64,000 nt of DNA from a virus (IMGVR_UViG_3300045995_000108:51429-115428), one strand, 5' to 3'. Shown: positions 8,978 through 19,463, counted from the first letter of the stretch. Numbers and translations are program-made. Notes: generated by a model from the sequence alone, not told the origin.

Positions 8978-10045
8978 ATGTCATTATTTAAACGTGCCAT
9001 TCTGGCACTCGCGGTCTTTACGGCTGCACTTTCTGCTCACGCGGATTATCGTTTCATCGTACCACAAGAACCCGGAAACGGAACAGACATTTGGGCACGT
9101 ATCATTGCTAGAGAAATGGAAAAGAAGCTAGGTGAGAAAATCATCGTAGACAACATTCCAGGCGCTAACGATGTACCGGGCTTTAACAAGTTCCACAATA
9201 CACTGCGCAAAGATCCAAAGACAGTTATGGTCGCACACGGTGGCAACGCTGAATCGTTCTTGTACCAAAACGTAGATTACAACTATGCAGAGTACGACCC
9301 AATTGGTCTGCAAAACTTAACTATTATGGTTGGTCGTCGTAACGACTCTGATCCATTCAAAGATGTAGTAAAGTTTCCTAATGCGTCAGGAACCAATCCT
9401 GACATCATTGCAATGACGTTGCTTGTATGTGGACCAGGCAAGACAATGAAAGAGTATGCTGCTTGCTTCCACGAACATTTCAAATATGTTAAAGGCATGA
9501 CAGGCAATGAGCGTAAACTGTCTTACATGCGCGGTGAAGTTAACGCTATCCGCGAAACTCCATCTGCGTACTTAAAGAACATTCGGCCACAGCCTGCCAA
9601 CATTGATTGGTTTAGTGCAGGTGTCCTTGATCTGAAGACTGGAAAGGTTGTAGCAGATGTTAATTTTCCAGGAGTAGACTTCCAATCAGTTTACAAAAAG
9701 AAGTGGGGCGTTGCTCCTTCTGGTGACTTATACGATGCATGGTCGTTAATTAAGAACTATCGTGACGTATTGCAAAAGGCGCTGTACGTTGACAAAGGCA
9801 ATCCTAACAAGGAAGTATTGCGCAAGGCATTGCGTGATACATTAGCTGATCCAGTGTCGCTTGCTATCATCGAAAAAGAAACTGGCAAGTACGAATGGTT
9901 CATTGGCGACGATGTGGCTAAGGCACACAAAGCACTTGAAGCATTGACTACCCGTAAGGCACTAAAGGATCTAGTATGGTGGGTTTCCACTGTGCTTAAC
10001 CAAGAAGCTATCTACAAAGACAACATCGCTAAAGTAGCGCACTAA
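8978..10045 (+). CDS. TctC/Bug-like periplasmic substrate-binding protein
   Basis: Signal peptide; FIVPQEPGNGTDIWAR...IVDNIPGA; adjacent to tctA. Confidence 0.75.
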   Translation: MSLFKRAILALAVFTAALSAHADYRFIVPQEPGNGTDIWARIIAREMEKKLGEKIIVDNIPGANDVPGFNKFHNTLRKDPKTVMVAHGGNAESFLYQNVDYNYAEYDPIGLQNLTIMVGRRNDSDPFKDVVKFPNASGTNPDIIAMTLLVCGPGKTMKEYAACFHEHFKYVKGMTGNERKLSYMRGEVNAIRETPSAYLKNIRPQPANIDWFSAGVLDLKTGKVVADVNFPGVDFQSVYKKKWGVAPSGDLYDAWSLIKNYRDVLQKALYVDKGNPNKEVLRKALRDTLADPVSLAIIEKETGKYEWFIGDDVAKAHKALEALTTRKALKDLVWWVSTVLNQEAIYKDNIAKVAH

Positions 10046-10046
10046 C

Positions 10047-10673
10047 ATGCCCGCCTACAAATATATTTTCATTGTAGGTGCTCCTGGTAGCAAGTGGAGT
10101 GGGGTCAGTAAAAATATTTACTATTCAAAGGATATTGATCGCAGCGATTACAGCGAGGAGCGAGAATATTGGCGTAACGGGCAACTCATGCACTCAGGCG
10201 CATATTTTGACCCGGGTATGGAGTTTGGCGAGTTTTTTGATGTGCTTCACATGCACACAAAAGAAGAATGCGAAGCAGAGTTTGATCGTCCGTTCTCAGG
10301 AGAGGGTGTTCGCATCATTAAGTCGCATTGCTTTGCTAATCACATTGACTTTATCAAGGAAACATGGCCTGAGTGCCCTGTTGTGCTAGTGTACAGGGAT
10401 GATGATCAATGTTTGGGCTGGTGGGTGAAGAGTGGGCATTTTGATATTACCTATCCGCTATATAATAAATATTATGTGAACCTGCATGAAATGGGCGTGA
10501 TTATTTCGCAACAAAACGCAGGCATCCTTGAGGCTGAGCGCAAGTATTTTAAGTTTGAGTTTATGGATCTTCGTAATAATCTTCAACTATGCGATGCGTT
10601 GGACATCGCTACCCCACCAGTTGAGTACATGCAGCAATACTCGGAATCAGATGTAAAGGTATATGTAATATGA
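10047..10673 (+). CDS. Sulfotransferase-fold (P-loop-like) protein
   Basis: GAPGSKWS, IIKSH, VLVYRD. Confidence 0.5.
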   Translation: MPAYKYIFIVGAPGSKWSGVSKNIYYSKDIDRSDYSEEREYWRNGQLMHSGAYFDPGMEFGEFFDVLHMHTKEECEAEFDRPFSGEGVRIIKSHCFANHIDFIKETWPECPVVLVYRDDDQCLGWWVKSGHFDITYPLYNKYYVNLHEMGVIISQQNAGILEAERKYFKFEFMDLRNNLQLCDALDIATPPVEYMQQYSESDVKVYVI

Positions 10674-10741
10674 CAACAAAAAGAATGCATTCCACTTGAC
10701 CCCATAGTCCAAGCTAAATAACATATAACTGAATTAAAACT

Positions 10742-11332
10742 ATGGCACAGGACATTACAGACGTAATCAACAACGTAAAAACGCTAACTATGACGGATAG
10801 CGCCATCAATACCATGATGGACTTTGAACGTGTGATTGATGAATTAGATTTATACGCATTTGCTAACTGGAAAAAGGGCGAACTAGTAGAAGGTCCCATT
10901 TACGAAAAGTATTTCGTAACATGCACATTTATGTGGCCTTACAAGTTTATGCCCGATCCACGTGCAGCAGAGCGTTTAACTGACTATGGCTGCGAAGTAG
11001 GTTACAAGCGTGACCACTTAGAATATCCTGTTAAGATTAAGCAATCAACAGATTTTAAGCCTGGCACTAAGTTTCCCAAATCAGCTAAGGCACCTGTTTG
11101 GTTAGTAAAGATTGTTATGCCTAAGACGTTAATGCAAGAGATTCACCAAGGTTCTATGGAACTTGAAGCTGGCGACGTTGACATGGAAGACATTGAACAA
11201 GCATACGAAACTGGACAGGACGACAAACAATATAAGACCGGCACTGCCGCACCAGTAGGTGGGCAACCGGCACCAGGCGGCGCTCCGGGCGCACCTGCAC
11301 CAGGTGGAGCACCAAATGCACAGCAAGCTTAA
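10742..11332 (+). CDS. Conserved hypothetical phage protein with Pro/Gly/Ala tail
   Basis: ORF after TAAATA late promoter (~10715). Confidence 0.7.
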   Translation: MAQDITDVINNVKTLTMTDSAINTMMDFERVIDELDLYAFANWKKGELVEGPIYEKYFVTCTFMWPYKFMPDPRAAERLTDYGCEVGYKRDHLEYPVKIKQSTDFKPGTKFPKSAKAPVWLVKIVMPKTLMQEIHQGSMELEAGDVDMEDIEQAYETGQDDKQYKTGTAAPVGGQPAPGGAPGAPAPGGAPNAQQA

Positions 11333-11864
11333 TGAAGGTTTAGAGCAAAACGACTTGAAGCGCCTTGTGCACTCCGAGTTGCACATTGACGAGTTTAAGA
11401 GCAAGCTAGGTCGTGACGAAGATGTTATTGTCACAAGCTTCAAGCTAAAGGGTAAAGAACCAGCTAAAGACTTGATGAGCTTCTGCGAAAAGGGCTATAC
11501 TTGGGTATTAGACGCTGATGTTTCCTCTGGTGAAATGGACGATGGTGACTATGTTGTGTTCGTTGAATGCGAGCGTAACGAGCAGTACCCAGAGAATCTA
11601 ATGCAATTGATGTTTGACTTGATGAACTTGACTGAGCAAAAGATTGAAGACTGGCGCTTTCGCTACCACAAGTCCCACGAAGATCACGAAGTTGATACAG
11701 ACGTACTTCGCGAGATTGTTCCGTTAAGCACTAGCGCATACGAGAAGAAGTTCGGTCATACAGAGATAGACAAACTCAAAGCATCAGCTGGTGTTAAAGT
11801 AACAACCAAGGCTCCAGTCAACGCTCATACTGAATCCCTTCGTCGTGCAGCGGGCTTAATTTAA
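11316..11864 (+). CDS. Conserved hypothetical phage protein
   Basis: ATG at 11316 after GGAG. Confidence 0.7.
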   Translation: MHSKLNEGLEQNDLKRLVHSELHIDEFKSKLGRDEDVIVTSFKLKGKEPAKDLMSFCEKGYTWVLDADVSSGEMDDGDYVVFVECERNEQYPENLMQLMFDLMNLTEQKIEDWRFRYHKSHEDHEVDTDVLREIVPLSTSAYEKKFGHTEIDKLKASAGVKVTTKAPVNAHTESLRRAAGLI

Positions 11865-11901
11865 CCGAAAATCCATAAATACGGTATCAAGGAGATATCG
11901 T

Positions 11902-12543
11902 ATGGATTTCACAAAAGAGCAATTAGAGCAAATTATCGTTGGTAACGATCACGTAGACGAGTGGTACACCGCGTTGCAAACGGTAATCGAGAAGTACGAG
12001 TTAAACACTCCTAATCGTTTAGCAGGATTCCTTGCGCAATGTGCACACGAATCCAATGGATTCAAAGTAATCCGCGAGAACCTAAATTACAAGTGGGAAT
12101 CGCTACGCCGTGTGTTCCCTAAGTATTTCCCAACAGACGACTTAGCAAAGCTATACGCACACAATCAAGAGAAAATTGCTAATCGCGTATATGGCGGGCG
12201 TATGGGCAACGGACCAGAAACAACAGGTGACGGTTGGAAGTACTCTGGTCGCGGATTAATCCAACTTACAGGTCACGACAATTACAAAAATTTTGCTGAC
12301 AGCATTGGCATGACGCTGGACGAAGTAGTAGCACATTTAGGTACATTTGAAGGTGCTGCTGACTCTGCAGGTTGGTTCTGGAACTCACGCAATTTAAATG
12401 ATTGCGCTGATGCGGATGACATTCTCACAATGACTAAGAAGATCAATGGCGGCACAATTGGATTAGAAGAGCGTACTAAAAATTACGAACACGCCAAGGA
12501 AGTATTAACTCCTAAGGAAGAACAAAATGCTGTGGATTCTTAA
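11902..12543 (+). CDS. GH19 chitinase-like endolysin
   Basis: FLAQCAHES, ENLNY, YSGRGLIQLTG, TKKINGG. Confidence 0.9.
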   Translation: MDFTKEQLEQIIVGNDHVDEWYTALQTVIEKYELNTPNRLAGFLAQCAHESNGFKVIRENLNYKWESLRRVFPKYFPTDDLAKLYAHNQEKIANRVYGGRMGNGPETTGDGWKYSGRGLIQLTGHDNYKNFADSIGMTLDEVVAHLGTFEGAADSAGWFWNSRNLNDCADADDILTMTKKINGGTIGLEERTKNYEHAKEVLTPKEEQNAVDS

Positions 12544-12973
12544 TTTTTTCCCTGACTGGTTCTTTCACTTAATCCTATTAAGTGGCATTGGCATACTAAT
12601 GTTTGCCTCTGTGGTGACAAAATTTCCAGGGCTGACGCAATACGGCTTAGAGTTCAAGATTGTCGCTCTCGTGCTTATTGTTGCTGGTCTGTTATTTGAA
12701 GGTGCATTGTCACTAGAGAAAGACTATAAAGTACAGCAAGCACAGCTACAGCACGAGCTAGACTTGGCTAACGCTAAGAGTGCACAGATTGTAACTAAGG
12801 TCGTGGACCAAGTTGTCTACCGTGACCGCATTATCGAAAAGCAAGGTACTAACACTGTCACATACATTGACAAGTGGCACGACGCTATTGATAAGGGTTG
12901 TGTGTTAAGCAAAGAAGCAATAGACGGGATCAATAAGAACGCCGTTGCACCATTAATAGAGGTTCCAAAATGA
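12527..12973 (+). CDS. Inner-membrane spanin (Rz-like)
   Basis: N-terminal TM helices plus coiled coil; between endolysin and lipoprotein. Confidence 0.6.
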   Translation: MLWILNFFPDWFFHLILLSGIGILMFASVVTKFPGLTQYGLEFKIVALVLIVAGLLFEGALSLEKDYKVQQAQLQHELDLANAKSAQIVTKVVDQVVYRDRIIEKQGTNTVTYIDKWHDAIDKGCVLSKEAIDGINKNAVAPLIEVPK

Positions 12974-13245
12974 ACCTCAAACTAATCTGCATCACAGGCG
13001 TCATACTATTAAGTGGATGCGCATCTACTATTAAAGCTCAAAAATTTCCGGATAGTGATACACTTTTGACTACACCGTGTCCTGTATTGGATTTAGTTCC
13101 AGCAGACACCACCAAGTTAAGCGACTTGGAAAAAGTAGTAGGTGGTAACTATACGAAGTATCATCAATGCGCCAATCAAGTAAATGGGTGGATACTATGG
13201 TACAACGAGCAAAAGAAAAATTACGAATCAGTAGGGAAGAAATGA
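12970..13245 (+). CDS. Outer-membrane lipoprotein spanin (Rz1-like)
   Basis: Lipobox LLSGC; LLTTPCP..., NY..YHQC. Confidence 0.7.
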   Translation: MNLKLICITGVILLSGCASTIKAQKFPDSDTLLTTPCPVLDLVPADTTKLSDLEKVVGGNYTKYHQCANQVNGWILWYNEQKKNYESVGKK

Positions 13246-13562
13246 ACGAACGCAAAGCAGAACATTGGATGCAATCCACATGGCGCCCACTTATGGCGCT
13301 CCAATACATGATTACTTGTCTGTGTGACTTTGTAATCTTCCCAATCCTATGGAGCCTATTACAGGCGTACCAACACGGTGCAGTAACAGATCAGTGGGAC
13401 CCAATTACATTGTCTAATGGCGGTATGTACCACATGGCAATGGGTGCTATTATTGGTATCTCTGCTTGGGGACGCACTAAGGAAAAGGTAGATGGCGTGA
13501 GCACGTTGCCAGCGCCAGTAGCACCAAAAGCAGTGCCAGCAGCAGATCAACCTGCATTATAA
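13242..13562 (+). CDS. Holin (GTA 3TM holin-like)
   Basis: WRPLM...TM segments...GRTKEK. Confidence 0.7.
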   Translation: MNERKAEHWMQSTWRPLMALQYMITCLCDFVIFPILWSLLQAYQHGAVTDQWDPITLSNGGMYHMAMGAIIGISAWGRTKEKVDGVSTLPAPVAPKAVPAADQPAL

Positions 13563-13579
13563 TTTTGGTAACAGTGTAG

Positions 13580-13608
13580 TTGACTAGTAAATACTAGTCT
13601 GCTATACT
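13580..13608 (+). promoter_or_regulatory. Composite sigma70 + late promoter with palindrome
   Basis: TTGACT-17-TATACT, internal TAAATA, GACTAGT-aaat-ACTAGTC. Confidence 0.65.
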
Positions 13609-13618
13609 CGTTACATAC

Positions 13619-14470
13619 ATGGATAATCACTACTCTACACTAGGCGTAGCCGAAACGGCTACAGAAGACGAAATCAAAAAAGCTTACCGAAAGCTTGCGT
13701 CTAAGCACCATCCTGATAAAGGTGGCGACACCGAACAGTTCAAAACTATACAGACTGCGTACGACACGATTGGCAATGCTAACAAGCGGGCCGAATATGA
13801 CGATGTGCGTAAGAATCCTGGTCGCCATGGTGGCTTTAGGTTCAGCACAAGCGATATGGACAGTGGTGGGCCGTTCCCACCAGGAATGGAAGACATTCTG
13901 CGTGGATTTGGTTTCGGTGGCGGATTCCGTGCACAGCAGCAACGTCGTAACAAAGATGTCCAGATCCGTTTATCAATTGATTTGGCAGATACCTTACAGA
14001 AGCAAACTCGTATTGTAAAGTTCAACACTACAAACGGCGAAGAACAAACCGTAACAGTGGACATACCAAAAGGTGTACACTCTGGCAGCACAGTAAAGTA
14101 CACAGGACTAGGCGATAACTTCTTTGCCACATTGCCGCGTGGTGACTTGTATGTTCATTTAACTGTAAATCCGCACCCATTGTTCCAGATTTTCGGACAC
14201 GATTTGCTTGCGCCTATTGACATTGATGCAATAGATGCTATACTGGGAACTAAGCAAGTTTTTAAAGTGCTGGATGGCACTGAATTCGAATTAACCATTC
14301 CACCAGGAATACAAGGAGGTACAAAATTCAAAATTGCAAATCAAGGGCTGTGCTATCACCAGCAAGAACATCGTGGCCATTTATATTTGGTTGCTACTAT
14401 TAAAGTACCAACATTGTCAGAAGCCCAACTAGAAATCATCAAGCAAGTTAAACAACTCAACATAACCTAA
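13619..14470 (+). CDS. DnaJ-class co-chaperone (CbpA-like, no Zn finger)
   Basis: J domain with HPD, G/F-rich linker, GDLYV C-terminal domain. Confidence 0.9.
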   Translation: MDNHYSTLGVAETATEDEIKKAYRKLASKHHPDKGGDTEQFKTIQTAYDTIGNANKRAEYDDVRKNPGRHGGFRFSTSDMDSGGPFPPGMEDILRGFGFGGGFRAQQQRRNKDVQIRLSIDLADTLQKQTRIVKFNTTNGEEQTVTVDIPKGVHSGSTVKYTGLGDNFFATLPRGDLYVHLTVNPHPLFQIFGHDLLAPIDIDAIDAILGTKQVFKVLDGTEFELTIPPGIQGGTKFKIANQGLCYHQQEHRGHLYLVATIKVPTLSEAQLEIIKQVKQLNIT

Positions 14471-14471
14471 T

Positions 14472-16763
14472 ATGTCACTACAAACTAATCCAGAGATTGA
14501 TCACATTGTTTCCGAAGCCGTTAATATCGCTAAGGAACACAAACACGAGTACGTAACAGTAGAGCACTTGATGTTCGCTATGTGCAAGTACAAACCATTC
14601 CACAAGTTGCTTGACAATTTCGGCGTAGATGCTGCTGGCATGGTAGCAGAGTTGGACATGTACATTATGGGACTAAGTGATATCACTAAGCCTAATGTAA
14701 ACGAACCAAAGCGTACACATACGCTGGAGCGTGTGTTTAACCGTGCGTTTACGCAGGTGTTATTCTCTGGACGTACACACATTCAGATTATTGACTTGTT
14801 CCTGTCTATTCACGCAGAAGCAAACAGCTATGCACATTACTTCATGGTAAAATACGGCCTGGATCGTCAACGCTTCATCGACTTCTACAGTAAGAACTAC
14901 GCAGAAGAAAAGCAAATCAAGGAACTGTCTGCAGAGAAGGTAGACGAGTTTGTTGAGCAATATTGCGAAAATCTCAGCAAGCAAGCTAAAGCAGGTGAGA
15001 TTGATCCTGTTATTGGTCGAGACTTTGAACTGCACGAAGTTGCAGAAACACTTGCACGTCGCAATAAGAGCAATGTGCTTATGGTTGGCGATCCTGGCGT
15101 AGGTAAGACTGCTATTGCAGAAGGACTTGCACTTAACATTGTAGACGGCAAGGTGCCTGCCTTCTTGAAGGACTACACAGTCTACAGTTTGGACATTGGT
15201 GCATTGCTTGCTGGTTCTAAGTACCGCGGTGAGTTTGAAGAAAAGTTCCAAGACGTTATCAAGGGACTAAAGCTCAAGGGCAAAGCTATTTTGTTCATTG
15301 ACGAAGCACACCAGATGAAGGGTGCTGGTGCTGGGGCGCAATCAAGCGTTGACTTCTCCAACATGATTAAGCCTGCGCTGACCAAGGGCAAGATCAAAGT
15401 TATTGCAAGTACGACATGGGAAGAATACAATACTTCCTTTGAGAAGGATCGTGCACTAATGCGCCGCTTCCATCGTCTGCCTATTGACGAACCAACGATC
15501 GAAGTAAGCAAGGAAATTTTGCGCGGTCTAAAAGAGAAGTTTGAAAAGTTCCACGGTGGTTCAGTTACTGATGATGCAATCATTGCCGCAGTTGAACTAA
15601 GCGCACGTTACCAAGCAGACAAGAAGTTGCCGGACAAGGCTATTGACTTGATCGACATTTCTTGCGCACGTCTAAAGATCATGACAGAAGATTTTGAGGT
15701 CACTCGCTACCACATTGTGGATGCTATCTCGCGTATGACAAAGATTCCCGTAGAGCAGATTGGACAAAGCACAGACGCAAAAGATGCTGCACCAATCCTG
15801 CAGGGGATGGAAGGACGCATTAAGGAAAAGCTGTACGGTCAAGACAAAGCGGTTGAAGCTGTACTTGAACAAGTTTACATTGCACGTTCGGGATTGAAGG
15901 AAGTTGGTAAGCCGATTGGTAGCTTCTTGTTCCTTGGCCCAACAGGCACAGGTAAGACTGAGCTTGCTAAGTTGCTTGCTGACAACTTGGGTATGAAGTT
16001 GCTGCGCTACGATATGGGCGAGTACCAAGAGAAGCACACTGTGGCTAAATTCATTGGCGCGCCTCCTGGATATGTTGGCTTTGACGATGGTGGTGCTGGC
16101 GGTGGTAAGCTGATCAATGACATCCAGAAGAATCCAAACTCTGTATTGTTGTTTGACGAAATTGAAAAGGCTCACCCTGACGTAAGCAATGTATTGTTGA
16201 GCATGATGGACGAAGGTAAAGTTACATCGTCTGGAGACAAGGTTGCTGACTGCCGTAACTGTTACGTTATCCTGACAAGTAACTTGGGTTCCGCTGCATC
16301 CGAACAAAACGCTATTGGCTTTGGCCGTTCGTTTATTAAGGATGGCGAGGATGACAAGGCAGTTAAGGACTTCTTTAAGCCTGAGTTCCGCAATCGTCTT
16401 GATGGCATCATTAAGTTCAAGAAGCTGGACGAGTTGTCTATGCGTCGCATTGTAAGCAAGTTTATCATTGAGCTGAACACGCTGATGGTAGACAAGCAAA
16501 TCAAAGTACGCCTGTCAGAAGCGGCAGTGGACGAGATCATCAAGACTGGATTTGACGCTAAGATGGGCGCACGACCTGTTAAGCGTAAGATCAACGAGAT
16601 CGTTAAGGTCCCATTGTCCAAGAAGATCTTGTTTGAATCTGTACCGCCAAACAGCGTAGTGGTAGTAGACTTCAAGGACGGTAACTATACATTCGACTCG
16701 AATGTTGTATCTAACCTAACTGTACCATCAGTAGATGAGCGCGGATTTATCATATTGGGTTAA
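14472..16763 (+). CDS. clpA: ATP-dependent Clp protease ATPase subunit ClpA
   Basis: Clp-N, GDPGVGKT, FIDEAH, GPTGTGKT, DEIEKAHP, IGF loop. Confidence 0.92.
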   Translation: MSLQTNPEIDHIVSEAVNIAKEHKHEYVTVEHLMFAMCKYKPFHKLLDNFGVDAAGMVAELDMYIMGLSDITKPNVNEPKRTHTLERVFNRAFTQVLFSGRTHIQIIDLFLSIHAEANSYAHYFMVKYGLDRQRFIDFYSKNYAEEKQIKELSAEKVDEFVEQYCENLSKQAKAGEIDPVIGRDFELHEVAETLARRNKSNVLMVGDPGVGKTAIAEGLALNIVDGKVPAFLKDYTVYSLDIGALLAGSKYRGEFEEKFQDVIKGLKLKGKAILFIDEAHQMKGAGAGAQSSVDFSNMIKPALTKGKIKVIASTTWEEYNTSFEKDRALMRRFHRLPIDEPTIEVSKEILRGLKEKFEKFHGGSVTDDAIIAAVELSARYQADKKLPDKAIDLIDISCARLKIMTEDFEVTRYHIVDAISRMTKIPVEQIGQSTDAKDAAPILQGMEGRIKEKLYGQDKAVEAVLEQVYIARSGLKEVGKPIGSFLFLGPTGTGKTELAKLLADNLGMKLLRYDMGEYQEKHTVAKFIGAPPGYVGFDDGGAGGGKLINDIQKNPNSVLLFDEIEKAHPDVSNVLLSMMDEGKVTSSGDKVADCRNCYVILTSNLGSAASEQNAIGFGRSFIKDGEDDKAVKDFFKPEFRNRLDGIIKFKKLDELSMRRIVSKFIIELNTLMVDKQIKVRLSEAAVDEIIKTGFDAKMGARPVKRKINEIVKVPLSKKILFESVPPNSVVVVDFKDGNYTFDSNVVSNLTVPSVDERGFIILG

Positions 16764-17466
16764 GTTCAACCCAGAGGTTGCTTTTGAGCATACACAAAAG
16801 CAATTCTTTGGGAAGTTCGTATACCGCATTGCCTACAATATTCCAGCGGCTTTGTATATCAACAAGGCAGGGGACAAAACTATGCAGGCTTACATCGACT
16901 GGCGGAAGGTGCAAGCCAAAACGCAAGTTGGCGGTATAACGGGCGGGTACAACTACTACTGGACTCGCGATATTACCGACAAAACTGATCCCGTAATGCT
17001 AGAGCATTTCCGCACGTTAAAGAATAAGTACGATCTAAAGTATAGACTCGAAGCTTCGAAGTTTGGGGTTTACTCTAACGACGAAGCTGAGTTGAAAAAG
17101 TTTAACGACTCAGTGCTGCCACTGTATCACAACACTCTGCAGGAAGTAACTGGTCCCAAGGATGCTGCACATCGCAAGCTATTAGAATCAGGTCATATCA
17201 CAAGCAAAAACAAAAAAGGTTACAAGTACAAGGTGACCTTCCGTGACGGCAAGTACGATGCGAATGCCAAACTACAGTTGATTGCATACTTTGATAGTCT
17301 CGACGGAATTGTTTCCATTGGTAAGGCGACACGAAGATCGTTCACCAATGGGCACTCATATACATGGGGTAATTATATTCACACCAGTGACACTTCCATT
17401 CTGACATTTGTGGATCTCATCATTCCCGGGCTTGTAAACAAGACCTTTGAGATTACAAAAATATAA
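16735..17466 (+). CDS. Hypothetical protein
   Basis: 243-aa ORF. Confidence 0.7.
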   Translation: MSADLSYWVKFNPEVAFEHTQKQFFGKFVYRIAYNIPAALYINKAGDKTMQAYIDWRKVQAKTQVGGITGGYNYYWTRDITDKTDPVMLEHFRTLKNKYDLKYRLEASKFGVYSNDEAELKKFNDSVLPLYHNTLQEVTGPKDAAHRKLLESGHITSKNKKGYKYKVTFRDGKYDANAKLQLIAYFDSLDGIVSIGKATRRSFTNGHSYTWGNYIHTSDTSILTFVDLIIPGLVNKTFEITKI

Positions 17467-17514
17467 TCGCTGCTTTCGCTCCCAATAAATACTACTATAA
17501 CTAAGGAGCCTAAC

Positions 17515-17673
17515 ATGGCAAAGCTATTAACTGAAACAATCACAATTACCCTAAGCAAAATGATCCGTAACGACGAAAAGTCTACAACAGTGTTGGACGA
17601 GGAAACGCTTGCTGGGCTCGTATCTGTAGTCACTGAGCTCGCTGGCGACGGCGTAATGGTAGAAGTCGAATAA
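17515..17673 (+). CDS. Small hypothetical protein (52 aa)
   Basis: TAAATA late promoter and AAGGAG RBS; MAKLLTETITITLSK... Confidence 0.7.
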   Translation: MAKLLTETITITLSKMIRNDEKSTTVLDEETLAGLVSVVTELAGDGVMVEVE

Positions 17674-17678
17674 ACATC

Positions 17679-18017
17679 ATGCGTAAATTTGCAATTACAA
17701 CAATCCTGGATCGCAATACGTTCCAAACTACACAAACTATTATGGAACGTGATGACGCCGGTGTAATTACTGAGCTGTACTCCGGTCCGTCATTGGATGT
17801 GTACCCAAAGTACACAGCAGCACAATTAGGTAAGATCGATGCAGTGAACTCAGTGTTAGCTACTAAAGGTGAGGCACCATTGACTGAAGCAGAGATTCAA
17901 TTCCTGATCGACCCAATGCACGATGCATCTGCGGAAAAGCTTAAGGCAGAAGACTTACAGCGCCTAGCAGGCTTCACTGTAGAAAAGAAGATCGTATACC
18001 TAGACAAACAATCATAA
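17679..18017 (+). CDS. Hypothetical protein
   Basis: ORF. Confidence 0.65.
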   Translation: MRKFAITTILDRNTFQTTQTIMERDDAGVITELYSGPSLDVYPKYTAAQLGKIDAVNSVLATKGEAPLTEAEIQFLIDPMHDASAEKLKAEDLQRLAGFTVEKKIVYLDKQS

Positions 18018-18029
18018 ACGAAAGAGATC

Positions 18030-18926
18030 ATGGTCAAGAAAGTAACTAAACATTCAAACACTACGGCACAAGCTAAGACAGCGGATGCAGTAGCACAAAT
18101 CAAAGCAGCCGCAGAAGCTGCAAAAAATGCTCCAGTAGCACAACCAGAAGGTACTCGTTACGACTTTAAGAAGTCGCACCTACACATTGGTATCCCTTGC
18201 TACGGTGGATTAATTTCTGAACCAACGATGACATCATTAATCCGCTTCATTCTGCTTGCTAACCAAGTAGGCTTGAACTGGTCGTTAGACACGATGGTTA
18301 ACGAATCTCTTATCACTCGCGGCCGTAATAACTTGATGGCTAAGATGATGACTAACAAGAAAGCTACTCACTTCTTCTTCATTGACGCAGACATCCGCTT
18401 TGAACCAGATGCTCCTTTGAAAATGATGGTATGTGACAAAGAAGTTATTGGTGGTTTGTATCCTAAGAAGAGTTTGCCTGTATCGTACAACATCAACTTA
18501 CTGGCACAAACAAAGGTACAAGGCGATATCTTTACGGTTGACACAATGGCAACCGGCTTCTTGATGTTCAAGCGTACAGTGTACGAGCAATTGATTGCTG
18601 CACATCCTGAATGCAAGTATGTAGACGATGTTGGCCTTGGTAAGCAATACGAACCAATGATGTACTCCATCTTCGATTGCAAGATTGATGCTAAGGGTCA
18701 TTACTTGTCCGAGGACTGGTTGTTCTGCCGTCGTTGGCAAGAGCTTGGTGGCGAGATTTGGGCACACGGTAAGGTGTTGTTGAACCACATTGGACACTAT
18801 GAGTTCAATGGTAACCTCGACAAGATGCCACAATTTGGTCAGCAAGTTGGCGTAATGCCTGATGCGTTGAATGCAGCTATGCACCAAGCTAAGACTGAGC
18901 CTAAAGAAGTAGCTAAGGCTGAATAA
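18030..18926 (+). CDS. GT-A fold glycosyltransferase-like protein
   Basis: IGIPCY, FIDADI (DxD), ATGFLM, YLSEDWLFC. Confidence 0.75.
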   Translation: MVKKVTKHSNTTAQAKTADAVAQIKAAAEAAKNAPVAQPEGTRYDFKKSHLHIGIPCYGGLISEPTMTSLIRFILLANQVGLNWSLDTMVNESLITRGRNNLMAKMMTNKKATHFFFIDADIRFEPDAPLKMMVCDKEVIGGLYPKKSLPVSYNINLLAQTKVQGDIFTVDTMATGFLMFKRTVYEQLIAAHPECKYVDDVGLGKQYEPMMYSIFDCKIDAKGHYLSEDWLFCRRWQELGGEIWAHGKVLLNHIGHYEFNGNLDKMPQFGQQVGVMPDALNAAMHQAKTEPKEVAKAE

Positions 18927-19411
18927 TGTCTAATACCAATGAAGAACTAAACTTCCACATTGGTATCTCTGGTACTTACTGGAATAAGAAACCACGATAC
19001 TTGGTTTCTATTCAGGCTGTTGACGGATCTAATGCTGGTGGCATTCCTGGGGAACTAACCATCACAGCAGAGTCAGACAAAGTTGAGTACGTAGATTTTG
19101 TTGCTGATTTACCTGATGGTGAGTACGAGTTGCGCATTCACTTATGCAACAAGGACGATTACGATGTAGTTAAAGCCGGTGACGGCAGAATTGCATCTGA
19201 CATGTTGCTTAACATTGAGAGCATTGAGGTGGATGATATTGATCTTGGTACACTGCGCCACAGTGCAAGTGTATTCAAGCCTAAGGTTGCGCAAGTGTAT
19301 AAGGGCGAAACTATTACCGAGTTAAAAAACTGTGTCAACCTCGGTTGGAATGGTGCTTATACCTTGCCTTTTACTGTTCCTTTCCACTACTGGTTGCTTG
19401 AGAATCTCTAA
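18926..19411 (+). CDS. Hypothetical protein
   Basis: Coupled ORF. Confidence 0.65.
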   Translation: MSNTNEELNFHIGISGTYWNKKPRYLVSIQAVDGSNAGGIPGELTITAESDKVEYVDFVADLPDGEYELRIHLCNKDDYDVVKAGDGRIASDMLLNIESIEVDDIDLGTLRHSASVFKPKVAQVYKGETITELKNCVNLGWNGAYTLPFTVPFHYWLLENL

Positions 19412-19463
19412 GTTAACTATATAGCTTAATCCGTGCTAAATACTGCAATAAGACGGAATTTCA

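Noticed and set aside
15672-16499. Long minus-strand ORFs (also 680-1330, 29790-30464, 31743-32459, 42692-43366, 56314-56925)
   Set aside because: Antisense shadows of well-supported plus-strand genes.
7433-16763. Host chromosomal contamination (tctA, dnaJ, clpA)
   Set aside because: The genes are interleaved with the lysis cassette and carry phage TAAATA promoters, so they appear phage-resident.
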